A stretch of 61,215 nt of DNA, the filler included, from Aduncisulcus paluster (taxonomy: Eukaryota), in assembly GCA_024181965.1 (NCBI GenBank). It is 8 parts of 8 records of this genome, joined end to end, with 100 filler letters (N's around TTAATTAATTAA, not from the genome) between each part and the next. Parts side by side here need not be neighbours in the genome. Positions count along the whole stretch, not along the records: positions 1 to 3,802 come from BQXS01011184.1; positions 3,903 to 22,196 come from BQXS01011186.1; 6 more parts are not named here. The stretch is one strand, 5' to 3'. A program made the position numbers and the translations under genes. Shown here in pieces: positions 1 through 11,400 of this stretch; the first letter of the stretch is position 1; every line of letters begins with the position of its first letter. The notes below the pieces were generated by a model. The model was given only the letters and a program-made list of their open reading frames with translations. It made no database searches and had not been told where the DNA came from.

Positions 1-234
1 CAAGATGTTCTTGACACTGCTCAGGATAAGATTGATGATATTGAAGAAGTCCGAGAAATGTTTATGGAAAGTGGCATTGACGTTGCAGGGATTGATGATG
101 AGATTGACCAGGAATTGGCAGATATGATGGTCGGCACCATCGATATGCCAGATGCCCCCACACACGCGCCTGTGCTCAGAGATTCTGTAGAATATTCAGA
201 ATCATCGGAAAAACTTGCTCCGACCCGCGAGACA
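1..234 (+). repeat. Terminal direct repeat of scaffold 1 (same sequence as 3569..3802)
   Basis: CAAGATGTTCTTGACACTGC...CGCGAGACA occurs at 1..234 and again at 3569..3802, immediately before the linker. Confidence 0.95.
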
Positions 235-249
235 GTCCCACTCATTTAA
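1..249 (+). CDS. 3' end of the Snf7/ESCRT-III gene (supplies ...TRETVPLI* missing at 3802)
   Basis: The translation is identical to the C-terminus of the ORF starting at 3179 and continues to TAA at 247..249. Confidence 0.85.
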   Translation, partial: QDVLDTAQDKIDDIEEVREMFMESGIDVAGIDDEIDQELADMMVGTIDMPDAPTHAPVLRDSVEYSESSEKLAPTRETVPLI

Positions 250-509
250 CCATAACCACGCAATGTCCTGCAACGAACTAAATATCGTGATTCCCCAACC
301 CAAAATGTATTGATGCGCTCGTTAAAAAACCTCGCTGAGATACTGTTGCATTCTAATTGCTTATCATGGTTTATTTTTATTGTCGAATGACTTTTCAGAG
401 AAAGGCAACCAGATCTCTCACAGTTGTTTCAATATGAAAAAGAAATGGGCAAATTGTGAGAAAGAATTGTTCAGAAATTAGTAAAAAATGCGATAAAATC
501 TTGTTTGAT

Positions 510-1277
510 TTACAGTTCAGATTCACTCTCTTCATCCATCTCTTTCATTAAGGCATCTAATTCTTCATCTAATGTGGGTGGGAAATCACCAATCTTGATG
601 AAATCTGGGTCAGGTCTCATAAAAAGTCCACAATTAGGCTCACAAGTAAAGTATCTTTTACCCTCACAAGTTCCATCATGTTTTGTCGTGGGTTCATCCA
701 ACCCAATTCCAAGCCACCAACCTAATTCCAAACCAATAACTCGTCCCCTATACAAAACTGTACCCCTACAACCCCCAGGAAATATTTCACAACGAGATCC
801 TATTTCTATGGCTTCACATTCCTTTTTCCACGAATTTCTTAGCTCTTCACGTGCTTTTTGCTTGGCAAGAACTTCAGCACGATACTCAGGATCTGAGGCC
901 ATTCTTTTTCTATGTCTATCTCTAACAGTACCCTCACGTTTATCATAATCTGCATCGCTCATTTCATACTTTTTAACCTTTGAGAGATCAGTCAAGCCTC
1001 CATGTCTAGCAAGAGAAAACATGTTTGTATCTCTCACGGAGAGGGTAAATCCATCTTCTGCTTTGATTGAAGCCAAAGTGGCTTTATCATCAAGACATAA
1101 ATGAACAGGTTTTTCTTCACGATTTACAAGGGTGATTTCTTGATATTGTGCAAGGGTACCTGTCATAGTGTATATCTTATCCTTGACAGCTTCTATCGTC
1201 AAGGAATCCATAAACCGAATATCTCTGAATCGAGTTTCCAATAAATCATGGTATACATCCAGATGCACAACAGGCAT
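510..1277 (-). CDS. TBCB: Tubulin-folding cofactor B (ubiquitin-like domain + CAP-Gly)
   Basis: N-terminal Ubl-like region, KYEMSDADYDKREGTVR linker, CAP-Gly motifs GWWLGIGLDEPTTKHDG and GKRYFTC, and IGDFPP tail. Confidence 0.93.
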   Translation of the reverse strand: MPVVHLDVYHDLLETRFRDIRFMDSLTIEAVKDKIYTMTGTLAQYQEITLVNREEKPVHLCLDDKATLASIKAEDGFTLSVRDTNMFSLARHGGLTDLSKVKKYEMSDADYDKREGTVRDRHRKRMASDPEYRAEVLAKQKAREELRNSWKKECEAIEIGSRCEIFPGGCRGTVLYRGRVIGLELGWWLGIGLDEPTTKHDGTCEGKRYFTCEPNCGLFMRPDPDFIKIGDFPPTLDEELDALMKEMDEESESEL

Positions 1278-1446
1278 TTTTTTTCAGTTGCAAAAGTAGT
1301 AATTTTTTTTTTGTTTAATCAAATGAATCTCGAAATTATTAATACCAATTTTATGCATGAAAGTATTAGATTGTATTATTTCATCTCATTTAGTTAAATG
1401 ATTATGCAATTTTATCAATCCACACACGAATCGTGGTTTTGACCCC

Positions 1447-3062
1447 ATGGATAAAGTCGCGTCTTCAGATATTGATTTTATTTCCACAGACGAGATGGAA
1501 AAATTAGAAGTTTCATTCATTACACCCGCCATCCTTGTGAATAATACTGATATGAAACAATACTTGAAAAAACTGCATAAGTATGAAAATTATTATTTAT
1601 TAGATTATTATTGTTTTCATTCGTTTATTTTTCTAATTATATTCGTCCTGTTTAATTCAGAATAATGTTAGTTCGTCCCGGATTTCCAAGAGTGTTATCT
1701 TCTGATGATCCATCAAAAAAAATAATACTGTTCGATCCCAGATGCATCGATGCTCCTCAATATTTGACTTCTAGCGGAAAAATTATCTTTGAGAGTTCTT
1801 CACAACAGTCAGCCATTAAACTCCTATTTTGTGGGAAGGTTTCACCACCATCCATCGAACCAACATTTTTAGCATCAAGTATTGAATATAAAAGGGATGC
1901 CTTTTGTGATTATGTGGTGAGAATCCCCTATTCCAAGCTTACTTATGTGGAAGCCGTGCGAATGATGTGTCCAGAAAAGTTGAAGTGGTTGGACATTCCA
2001 CACTCATTCGATCTTGTTGGACACGTTGCACATTTGAATCTTGCAGACGAGTGGTTACCTATGAAATATGTTATCGGCAAGTCCTTAATTGATAAACTGT
2101 CTACTGTTCGAACTGTTGTCAACAAAACATCGTCAATCACGGACGAATTCCGCGTGTTTCCAATGGAATTACTCGCTGGCATTGATGATACCGTGGCAGT
2201 TGTTAAAGAGGAAGGCTTTCGATTTTCGCTTGATCTGCGAACAGTGTATTGGAATTCCCGACTTGGAATGGAACATAAACGAGTCTGGTCTCTCGTAAAA
2301 CCCGGTGATATTATTTTAGATATGTTTGCCGGAGTTGGCCCGTTTGTTGTTCCAGCAGCCAAGCAGGGGGCCTTTGTTTTTGGAAATGATCTCAATCCAG
2401 CGAGTGTAAAATGGTTAAAATATAATATAATCGATAACAAAGTGGATGAACGAGCAATAATATCTGAACTTGATGCTAGGGAGTTCATCAAGAAAATATT
2501 TGGCGCTGGTATGTTACCCATCCTCTCAGAAAAGGAATGGAAGATTAAAAAGGACTCCCGAAAAATCGAAAAACTTAGACCGCTCAAAAAGAAAGAAAAA
2601 CTACATGCAGAAATACAGAGGAAACATATGGCTTCAAAAGATCCATCAATTAAAACAACGAGAGAATACATGTCTTCGTTGCCTGGATTTGAATATTTGG
2701 ATAAAGAATCTCCCGATCATGCCCAAAAACAATGGGTATGCTGTGATAGAATAATTATGAATTTGCCCGCATTAGCCGTTGAATTTTTGGATGTATTTGA
2801 AGATTTGTATCCTTGTGATACCCCTTTAGATATTCTTCCAACAATTCACGTGTATACTTTTAGCCCTAAAGAAAATCCTTGTGAAGATGCCATCCGAAGG
2901 GTAATGGAGATAATGAAACTTGAAGAAGATTGCGACATTGAAATATCTACCCGCATTGTGCGTGACATTGCCCCTGGAAAACTTATGGTTGTTGTAGAAT
3001 TTGTTTTACCCGCTGCCTTCGCTGTTAGAGGATTTGGGATGAATAAAAAACATAAATTGTAA
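1447..3062 (+). CDS. TRM5: tRNA (guanine37-N1)-methyltransferase Trm5; exons 1447..1580 and 1661..3062 (511 aa)
   Basis: Motifs SFDLVGHVAHLNL, VYWNSRLGMEH, DMFAGVGPF, NDLNP and IMNLP. An intron GTATGA..TTCAG (1581..1660) joins ORF 1447 in frame to ORF 1665. Confidence 0.92.
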
Positions 3063-3178
3063 ACATCGGTTTCCTTTTGCAAATAAATAAATAAATAATA
3101 ACATTAAAAGCCATGTTTAAGAAAAAAAAAAAAAAACTCCATAATTTGTGAAATTTCATAACAACACAGAATTGAAAA

Positions 3179-3802
3179 ATGGGAAGCGTTTGTCGGGGAA
3201 CAAAGAATAATACGGACGAAACTGTTACAACACCATCCTTCGTCGATCAAACTGATTTCCAACTTCTTGCTATTGAGACTCGTAAGGATGAACTTGAGAC
3301 GCAAGATAAGCGTCTTATGAAAGAAATAGCGTCTTTAAAGGCCGAAGCGAAAAAACTGGGCGGTAAAGATCCAAAAACACGTTCCATTATCACGCGCTAT
3401 GTGAAACGGGAAAAGACCCGGAAGATCTGTATCCATGCTATTGAGCAATTGGATGCTATTATTGCGAAAATTAAAGAGGCTACCACCCTTGCTGCGCATA
3501 AGAAAGTGATGGAACTCGGTACTAGTGAGCTTGAGCGTATCTACACCACCGCCCAGCTTGACAAGTTCCAAGATGTTCTTGACACTGCTCAGGATAAGAT
3601 TGATGATATTGAAGAAGTCCGAGAAATGTTTATGGAAAGTGGCATTGACGTTGCAGGGATTGATGATGAGATTGACCAGGAATTGGCAGATATGATGGTC
3701 GGCACCATCGATATGCCAGATGCCCCCACACACGCGCCTGTGCTCAGAGATTCTGTAGAATATTCAGAATCATCGGAAAAACTTGCTCCGACCCGCGAGA
3801 CA
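3179..3802 (+). CDS. Snf7-family ESCRT-III subunit, Vps20/CHMP6-like (212 aa if joined to 235..249)
   Basis: MGSVC N-terminus (myristoylation-type Gly2), basic helical N-half, acidic C-half with DDEIDQELADM and a MPDAPTH tail typical of Snf7 proteins. Confidence 0.75.
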
Positions 3803-3902
3803 NNNNNNNNNNNNNNNNNNNNNNNNNNNNNNNNNNNNNNNNNNNNTTAATTAATTAANNNNNNNNNNNNNNNNNNNNNNNNNNNNNNNNNNNNNNNNNN
3901 NN
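3803..3902. other. Artificial scaffold linker (N44-TTAATTAATTAA-N44); further copies at 22197..22296, 27065..27164, 34189..34288, 44541..44640, 48837..48936, 56939..57038
   Basis: Identical 100-nt spacer carrying stops in all six frames, present seven times. Confidence 0.98.
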
Positions 3903-3904
3903 AC

Positions 3905-4963
3905 ATTAAAGATCTCACTGGAACATCTATTTCTGGATCATGTTCTCTTGGGTCTGGATCTTGTCGTAACGAAGGCAATATGTTCACAGCTCTCTGGCAA
4001 TATCAAAATGACAGTTGTTGCAAGATTCGTGATGATTCATCCTCTGAGAAAGTTGTCTTAAAATATATTGATTTAGATACTTCTGTCCATTCACTTTCCA
4101 CAACTTCCTCCTCAACATCGCCATTTTCTTCTCAGTATAGAACATTATTACGTTCTGCTCTTGCACCACGTATGTCTAAAAAATCGTGTCCATTTATCAT
4201 TCCCCTCCAATGCATATTCTACGATGAGCATGTTCATAACCCATCTCGAAAAGGAGCTTATCTTGTGTTTCCTTACTATGCACACAAAGATATGTTCTCT
4301 TGGATAACCAATACCCATCCCGATTTTGAGGCTGTTAAACACGTTCTCATTTGTGTTCTTTCTGCCCTTGCTCATCTTCACAGTCAGTTCATTGTTCACT
4401 GTGACTTGAAACCGACAAACATCTTGATTGATTCCTTTGGAAATGGTATCCTGTGTGACTTTGAGGGATCTATTGACTGTAGTGAACGAACAATGCGTCT
4501 GTTAAGCCAAACCATGTACATTGGTACTCCAGGTTACATTGCCCCTGAGTTGAGTGAAGCAATCAAGGAACATTCACGTCCACATCCTACCCCTGCAAGT
4601 GATATGTATTCGTTTGGAATGCTCTTGAAGGATGTGTTTGACATGCTCTCAGATGTTTGTGATATTTCTATCCCTTCTGAATTCTCCAAGATGCGTACAA
4701 TGTGCATGAATTCAAACCCTAAAGATAGGCCCACATCATTGGATATATTGATATTGTTAAAAACAGGGAGGATGAAGGAATTCATAATGAAGAAGGAAGA
4801 GGAAGAACGCAAGAGAAAGGAAGAGGAAGAACGCAAGAGAAAGGAAGAAGAAGAACGCTTGAAGAAGGAAGAGGAAGAACGCAAGAGAATGGAAGAAGAG
4901 GAGAGTTCTTCTGAAAGTGAAGGCGGATTTGTACTATTTGATCTTTATTGGAATGAGTCTTAG
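3905..4963 (+). CDS. Ser/Thr protein kinase, 5'-partial, with a charged KEEEERKR tail
   Basis: The frame is open from the scaffold edge (LGSGS Gly-loop). Motifs VVLK, HCDLKPTN, DFE (for DFG), GTPGYIAPE, DMYSFG and DRPT. Confidence 0.88.
   Translation: MKDLTGTSISGSCSLGSGSCRNEGNMFTALWQYQNDSCCKIRDDSSSEKVVLKYIDLDTSVHSLSTTSSSTSPFSSQYRTLLRSALAPRMSKKSCPFIIPLQCIFYDEHVHNPSRKGAYLVFPYYAHKDMFSWITNTHPDFEAVKHVLICVLSALAHLHSQFIVHCDLKPTNILIDSFGNGILCDFEGSIDCSERTMRLLSQTMYIGTPGYIAPELSEAIKEHSRPHPTPASDMYSFGMLLKDVFDMLSDVCDISIPSEFSKMRTMCMNSNPKDRPTSLDILILLKTGRMKEFIMKKEEEERKRKEEEERKRKEEEERLKKEEEERKRMEEEESSSESEGGFVLFDLYWNES
4793..4900 (+). repeat. 24-nt coding tandem repeat (AAGGAAGAGGAAGAACGCAAGAGA, about 4 copies)
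   Basis: Visible directly; encodes KEEEERKR units. Confidence 0.85.
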
Positions 4964-5468
4964 CATTTTTCTATTCAGGAGAGAATTCAAGAGAAAGAGA
5001 AAAGGTTTGGTGAATTTCAAAAGGCACAGTATCACACAATATGACAGAACATGACATTTAAGTTATTCCAAGATCAGATTTTTACTAAGAATTCGATGGT
5101 TGACAGATGATGAAATAATCTACTTTGAAGGGTAGTACATTCATCTTCAAACTGATTAGCACTATTTCATTATCATATCAAACAAGACATTCTTATCCAA
5201 AAAAAATTAAGAAAAAAAATAATAACGAAAACAAAAAAAATATGCCATTTCGAGTAATAATTGTTTTCAAAACATCAAAGAAATGTTACAAAACTAAGCA
5301 AACAAAAATAAAATATAAAGAACACGGAAAAAATACTAAAATAATATTATGAACTAACAAAATCAAAATATTTTCCCAAGTTAATATTGGAATTCTCTCA
5401 ATGCAATAAAAAATTGTATAAAAAATATAATATTTCATATAAATCAATAACTATATAGAATAATAAAA

Positions 5469-8400
5469 TCATTTTTCACCCAATTCTTTCACCCTTTTCC
5501 TCAATAATTCCTTGGCAATAGATTCTCTCACATAGTCACGAGAAGCAGTGTGGATCAAGTTATATAATCCACTATCGCCACAGTCATCAAATACACAAGA
5601 GTCCTCAGATTCTTTGGGTTGGGCATTTGGAGACATGAGCTGTGAAAAGGGATTCATAGCAAAACCATCTTCATCCTTGGGTTTCTTCTTTTCATCAGTA
5701 GAATCGGGGATTCCAAGTAAATTTCCGAGTGGAACTGAATATTGAACAAATGCAATGTTTCGCAACCCACACACAACATTTTTGGGAGTTATTCGCGTCA
5801 CAACTTGATACGAGGCCACATCACCTTTCCCTTCGTGTTCCTGAGTCGACTCATCCCCATGGATACGCTGGGAAGAGGAACACACGTCAGACGAATGGTC
5901 ATCATCCTCACTTATTGTATCTTCTGTAGGAGGAGAAGAGGGCATAGTCTCTGATGGAGAGTCAGGAATTTGAACACACAAACCACCATTATCATACTCT
6001 TCTTCATTACTGAAAGAACTGGCTTGTCCATCACTACTAGTTGTGAATTGAGAGGAAGAATGTGCATTACGACTCGAAGAAGAAGACACTCCACGACGTT
6101 TCCTGGATCTTGAGCCAGAGGGAAGGAGAGAGTTTGTCATGGCAGATTCTGGATGAGTAAAGAATACACGGGTGTGCTGGGTGGACATCGAACGAGAAGG
6201 AGAAGGAGAAGCTGAACTGGATTCATCTTCGATCATATTGGTTAAAGCTCCAGAAGATTGTTTTATAACACATTTCTGAAGCCAGACAGAGTTGCCATCA
6301 CTGGTGAAATCTTTGAATGATTTGAGGAAAGAAAGCGGTCTTGACCAGATCTCAGCCTGTTGGGAGTGGAACAAAAGGGGAACACAAAGAGGACTGAACA
6401 TGACAGCCATAGAAAAGGGAGGTGGCCGAAGAACAACGGGAGTGGCACTGACCACAGGTTTCTTATTCGAACGCTCTTCAGTGCTCTCATCTGTGAGATC
6501 AGGAAGTTCATCAAGAGCTGGGAACTCAAGGATAATCGATCCTTTACGAGCCTCTNNNNNNNNNNNNNNNNNNNNGAACACAAAGAGGACTGAACATGAC
6601 AGCCATAGAAAAGGGAGGTGGCCGAAGAACAACGGGAGTGGCACTGACCACAGGTTTCTTATTCGAACGCTCTTCAGTGCTCTCATCTGTGAGATCAGGA
6701 AGTTCATCAAGAGCTGGGAACTCAAGGATAATCGATCCTTTACGAGCCTCTTCTTCTTCATGCTCTTTCTTTTTCTCTGCGTCGGCTGCGAATAAACTTC
6801 CGAGGATCTGTTTCTTGCCAGGGAAACCATCATGTTCATCATTTTCTTCTTCAGGGTTTAACATGTAGGAATCAAGACCAGCTTGGATACGACCTTTAAT
6901 TTCTTCCTCTTGCCGCACACGACGTTCTTCTTTGGCCTCTGAAAGTGTTCTTTTCCTCTTAATTCGATCCCATATTCTCTTGAGAGTGTTCATGACATTC
7001 AATTCCTTTCCAGTGAGAGGAACAGAATCCTCGTTGTCATCGTCATTCCCAGAGGCAGATTGATCATTTGCACGTGAAGTAAAACCTTTCAAAGCATCTT
7101 GGATAGTCTTGGCAGCATCAACACCAAAGCCACCGGTCATCTCAAATCCAGTGATACGGTCAACACTTTGACTCCCTTGTCTTGCTTTATGCTGACCATC
7201 CTCAAGCAGATCTGACTCAGACTCAGAGGAAGGAGAAGAGGAAGGAGACATGGTGAATGGAGACGGAGAAAGGGAAACGTCAGTGCTTCCGAGGAGGGGC
7301 GTGAGAATGTTTCCCTGCTTAATTATCGAAGATGTAAGGGAAGTTGAGCCAGTCATGGAAGTAGATCCAGATGTGTTGGATGATAAATTCGTACTAGCAA
7401 TACCTCTCTGACTGCCACCCATTTCCTCACTCTCACTCACAAAATCATCACACGCAATACTAGCAGAATCATCAGTATCATTGCCACTTGCACTCTCGCT
7501 TTCCCCAGGTATCTTTGAGGAGGGTGGACGAGTAGTTTTCTTGATGGAATCCTTACTCTTTTTCTTGGAATCAGTTGAAGACGGACAGTCATTATCAAGG
7601 ATTTTACAGAGGAACACAGGTCCAACTGAAATAATTGGTCCCGACGTTCTTTGAGATAGTTCTGAATTGGTCACATCAATAGGTGGAATGTCATGCTGCG
7701 AGATGGAAGAAGAAGAGAGCTCAATCAGAGGGGTATTGGGTGACAGCCAACTATCACCATGGGTAACACATGCACTCATCCGCGAGCTGCTACTTCCGCT
7801 GAATGAGGAAGGGTTGTTATACTTCGATGTGGAATGCCCATACAAGGCTACACATGAACCGTTTCCAACCGATAACTCGGGAATACTCTCTCGTTTCTCT
7901 CCAGTCCTCAACAATGGATTCGGGGAATCTGTTGCGTGACTCTGAGTGGCACTCAAGCTATCAACAGAACGACGGTCACTTCGAGGAGCGTTGTGTTTGG
8001 CAGTGGGACGTTTGGATGAAGAACTCTTAGGAAGAACAACGTTATTACTGCCAATGGGAGTGGTTGAATTGCTCGATTGAGAGTGAGAAGCAGCAGCAAG
8101 GGAAGGGATGCTTCCACGCCTGAAATCTGAGAAGAAAGGAGCAACAGAATCACCTCCTTTCCGCACAGAAATCCTCTCAGAAGATCTATTTGACGCCCTT
8201 TGATGCCTCGCAACAGAGTTAAATGGAGGATAAAATGAAGATCTGGACCCATTCCAGGAGCTGCAGAATAGGCGAATGGACACATCATCAGAGAGACCAA
8301 TCTTGATTCTTCCGTTGGCCATTTCTCCACGCCCGTTTCCCATCCCAGAAAATATCAAAGGTAAGAGATCGGATGTGGACATCAAAAGAGTAGATACTGA

Positions 8401-11400
8401 TGGATAAGGGTTCGGAGAGAACGATGAAACAGGACATAGACTTCTGGAAGACTCAATAACTTTAGAACGAGATGACGAATTAGTCGTACTTACAATGGCA
8501 ATGTCATCAATTTCTGCAGGGATTGAAAGGATTTCACACCCAACCTTTGGAGCATTATGAGTTTTATCCTTAACTTTTCCATGAATAAGCGCTGCACCCG
8601 ATGAAGAATCCAATAATTTGACATGACGAGCGGATGGTTGATTTTCAGACTTCCCCGAAGAAGTTGTTTTTGGAGAAGAATTCGAGAGAGAGAAAGATTT
8701 TCCAATCCCGTCATACTCTTGTAATTCAAGATATTCCTGTTTCAAGAGTTCTGATTTCTCTCCATCGCCTTCTTGACTTTCTTCAGTGGTTTCATTCTTT
8801 TCCTTTCCTTTAACTCTTCCCTCAGAGCCCTTAGCAAGCTGATTATTCGAAGTTGCGGCTGAATCGGAGGAAATCGAAGCGCTTTTTTCTTCCTCTTCGG
8901 ATACAACATCATTATCTTTTGTATTATTCTTTTCATTTCCAACAATTCTATTATCCAAGTTCCTAGCAATTTCTCGAATCGGTGAAGCAAATCCCATAAG
9001 TTGTGTGAAAAACTCACACACACTGCTGTGCAAGATTGAATTCGAGGAATGGATGGTGCACAAACTGATTAACATCTGTGCCATTCCACCAGTGACCATT
9101 TCAATGGCGATTGTGTGCGGAGAAACGAACATGTTGTCATAAATCACAAAGAATCTCTCCAACACATCAAGATAATGTGAGATGGAATTCTTTTTAGAGG
9201 ATGAGTGCTGGATATCAGATGCCGTAGAGTCCTGTCGACTATGAATTGGAGGCAATCCAGAACTATCTTCATACAAATCAGCAGCTTTGTTTCGACGCTG
9301 GGATTGGCCACCCATTGATTTACCAGCTCTTGATGCTCGGCCTGAGGAAGCAATATTGGGATTGCTTCCATGAGAATTCATGCCTGAATGTGAGAACATT
9401 GAGACATTGTTAACCTCCATGGTTGTTAAAATGCGACTTTTGGTATTGACAACAGAACTTGAGACAGTTTTTGTGTGTGATGTCACAATGTTGCGAGGAA
9501 CACGACCATCATACTTCTCTTTACCATTCTTACCAGCCTTCATCATGGAATATGATTGCATGGACTCACGTAGGGTGACAGAAGCCGGGGATATCGAGTT
9601 CAATAGCATCAGAGGAATCATAAAGGGGGGTGTTGAGCGATCACCGCTGCCTGTGCCTTGAGAACTAAAGAAATTGGACATGGATAATGACGCATTGGAT
9701 TCACTATCATTATCATTGGGCACATGGCAGCCAACAGCCTGCAAGAGAGCAAGTCCAGTGAATTGACGATTAGTTTCATTGCCTTCGATATCAAGAGATA
9801 CCGTGCCTCCATGGCAGGCTTCACAACTGTCCCTTTGACAGTGGCCTTGAATATGACCAGCTTCTTTCATTTCTGAGGGGTGATTCAGTTTGGACAATAA
9901 TTTGAATTTCTCTTCAGTATCCTTGCGAGATATGCACGATTCAACATATTCTGACGCAGAAACACACGCTTTTTCTCGAAGTTTGCGTCTGTATGAAATA
10001 TCGAATAGTTTGCACAGCATCTTTAACGGGGCTGGAGATAAGAAATCAAGGTCAGAGAGAGGAGGAAGTGCAAGTGATGAATTTTGTGGCTGATCTGCAG
10101 CAACGACAGTGATATGCCCACCCCGAGTCGTGGATGAGTGAACTTTCCGATGCAAGAAATAGCAATTATCGAATAGATTCGATGAACATGTGATCAATGA
10201 TTCGATATGCGAGAACATTGTGGACCGAAGAGAGAGGAGAGAGGTGAGAAGCGAGAGCATATGGACTCTCTGGGGAATGAAGGAAGGTGGAGGCTTTGAA
10301 CAAGGGGAAGAACGGTGAGAAGTATCAAGGAAATGGTTCTTGGCACCAAAATGGACATTTCTAGCAGGAATATTCACATGGGATGATTTCTGTGCAGCTC
10401 TTGAAGAATGTGGGCGATGAACTGATGCATCATCAAGCACAAAAGCTGGATTAAAACCATCGTCATCTCCAAATGTGGGAGATATCAATCCATTCTTCAC
10501 AGGATCTCGAGCGTTCTGGGAGGATTTCCTTCGACTACGATGTGAGTGATTCCTTGAAGTTGTCGTGGTCGGCGAAGAAGGGATTGAGTGTCCACCTAAC
10601 ATTTCTCTTCGATCAATGGAGCTACCTCGACGATGCCGAGACTGTTGACGCATCTGTTTCTCAGCATGCTCCATTACAACAGAGTGAGTATTAGCTGAAG
10701 AGACTGGTGGCATGGCTTCGTCAAGGTTATGACGTGATGATGACGAACGACGCCGTGATTGTCCATCAAACGAATGAGAAAGGGAACGAGAACGTCTGTG
10801 TCGATGGCGAGGAGAACTTCCATCAAAAGAATTATGGACAGATGAATTAGAGAACAAATTGGAAGCTCTAAGAGCTGATCTTGCTTCTTCTGAACTCATT
10901 CCACTTCTAGCCATTAAGAAATCCCTCTGTTCCGATGAAAAACATTCCCCTCGATTCCGCTCAACCTGAATAATCTCAGTCTCTTTTAGTATTTTAAGAC
11001 AACTTGACCTCTCACGGTCACGCTTTCGTTTGCCACAAAACACTCTCCTTGTCTTAATAACAGTGTCAATGATGGATAGATCCTCAAGAACACCAGACTC
11101 TCCAGAATGAGTATTGTTGGAGGAACCAGTGGAAGAAGAAGAATTTGATGGGCCTCTACCAAATTCCTCGAGAAGACTACGGGTTGTATCAGCAGTTGAA
11201 GAGAAATTGAAGACATTCTGAGCCTCTGTGGCATCATTTCGAACACATGGAGTAGCCGGATGCATAGAAACTCCCTCAGAAGGGTCGAGGAGTGATGCTG
11301 TACTGGAGAACCCATCGAGTATATCACCAGATCCTCCAGAACCAGCAGTACCAGTGGACCTCATGTATCCAGACACATCATCAAGGGAAGGCATGGCATC

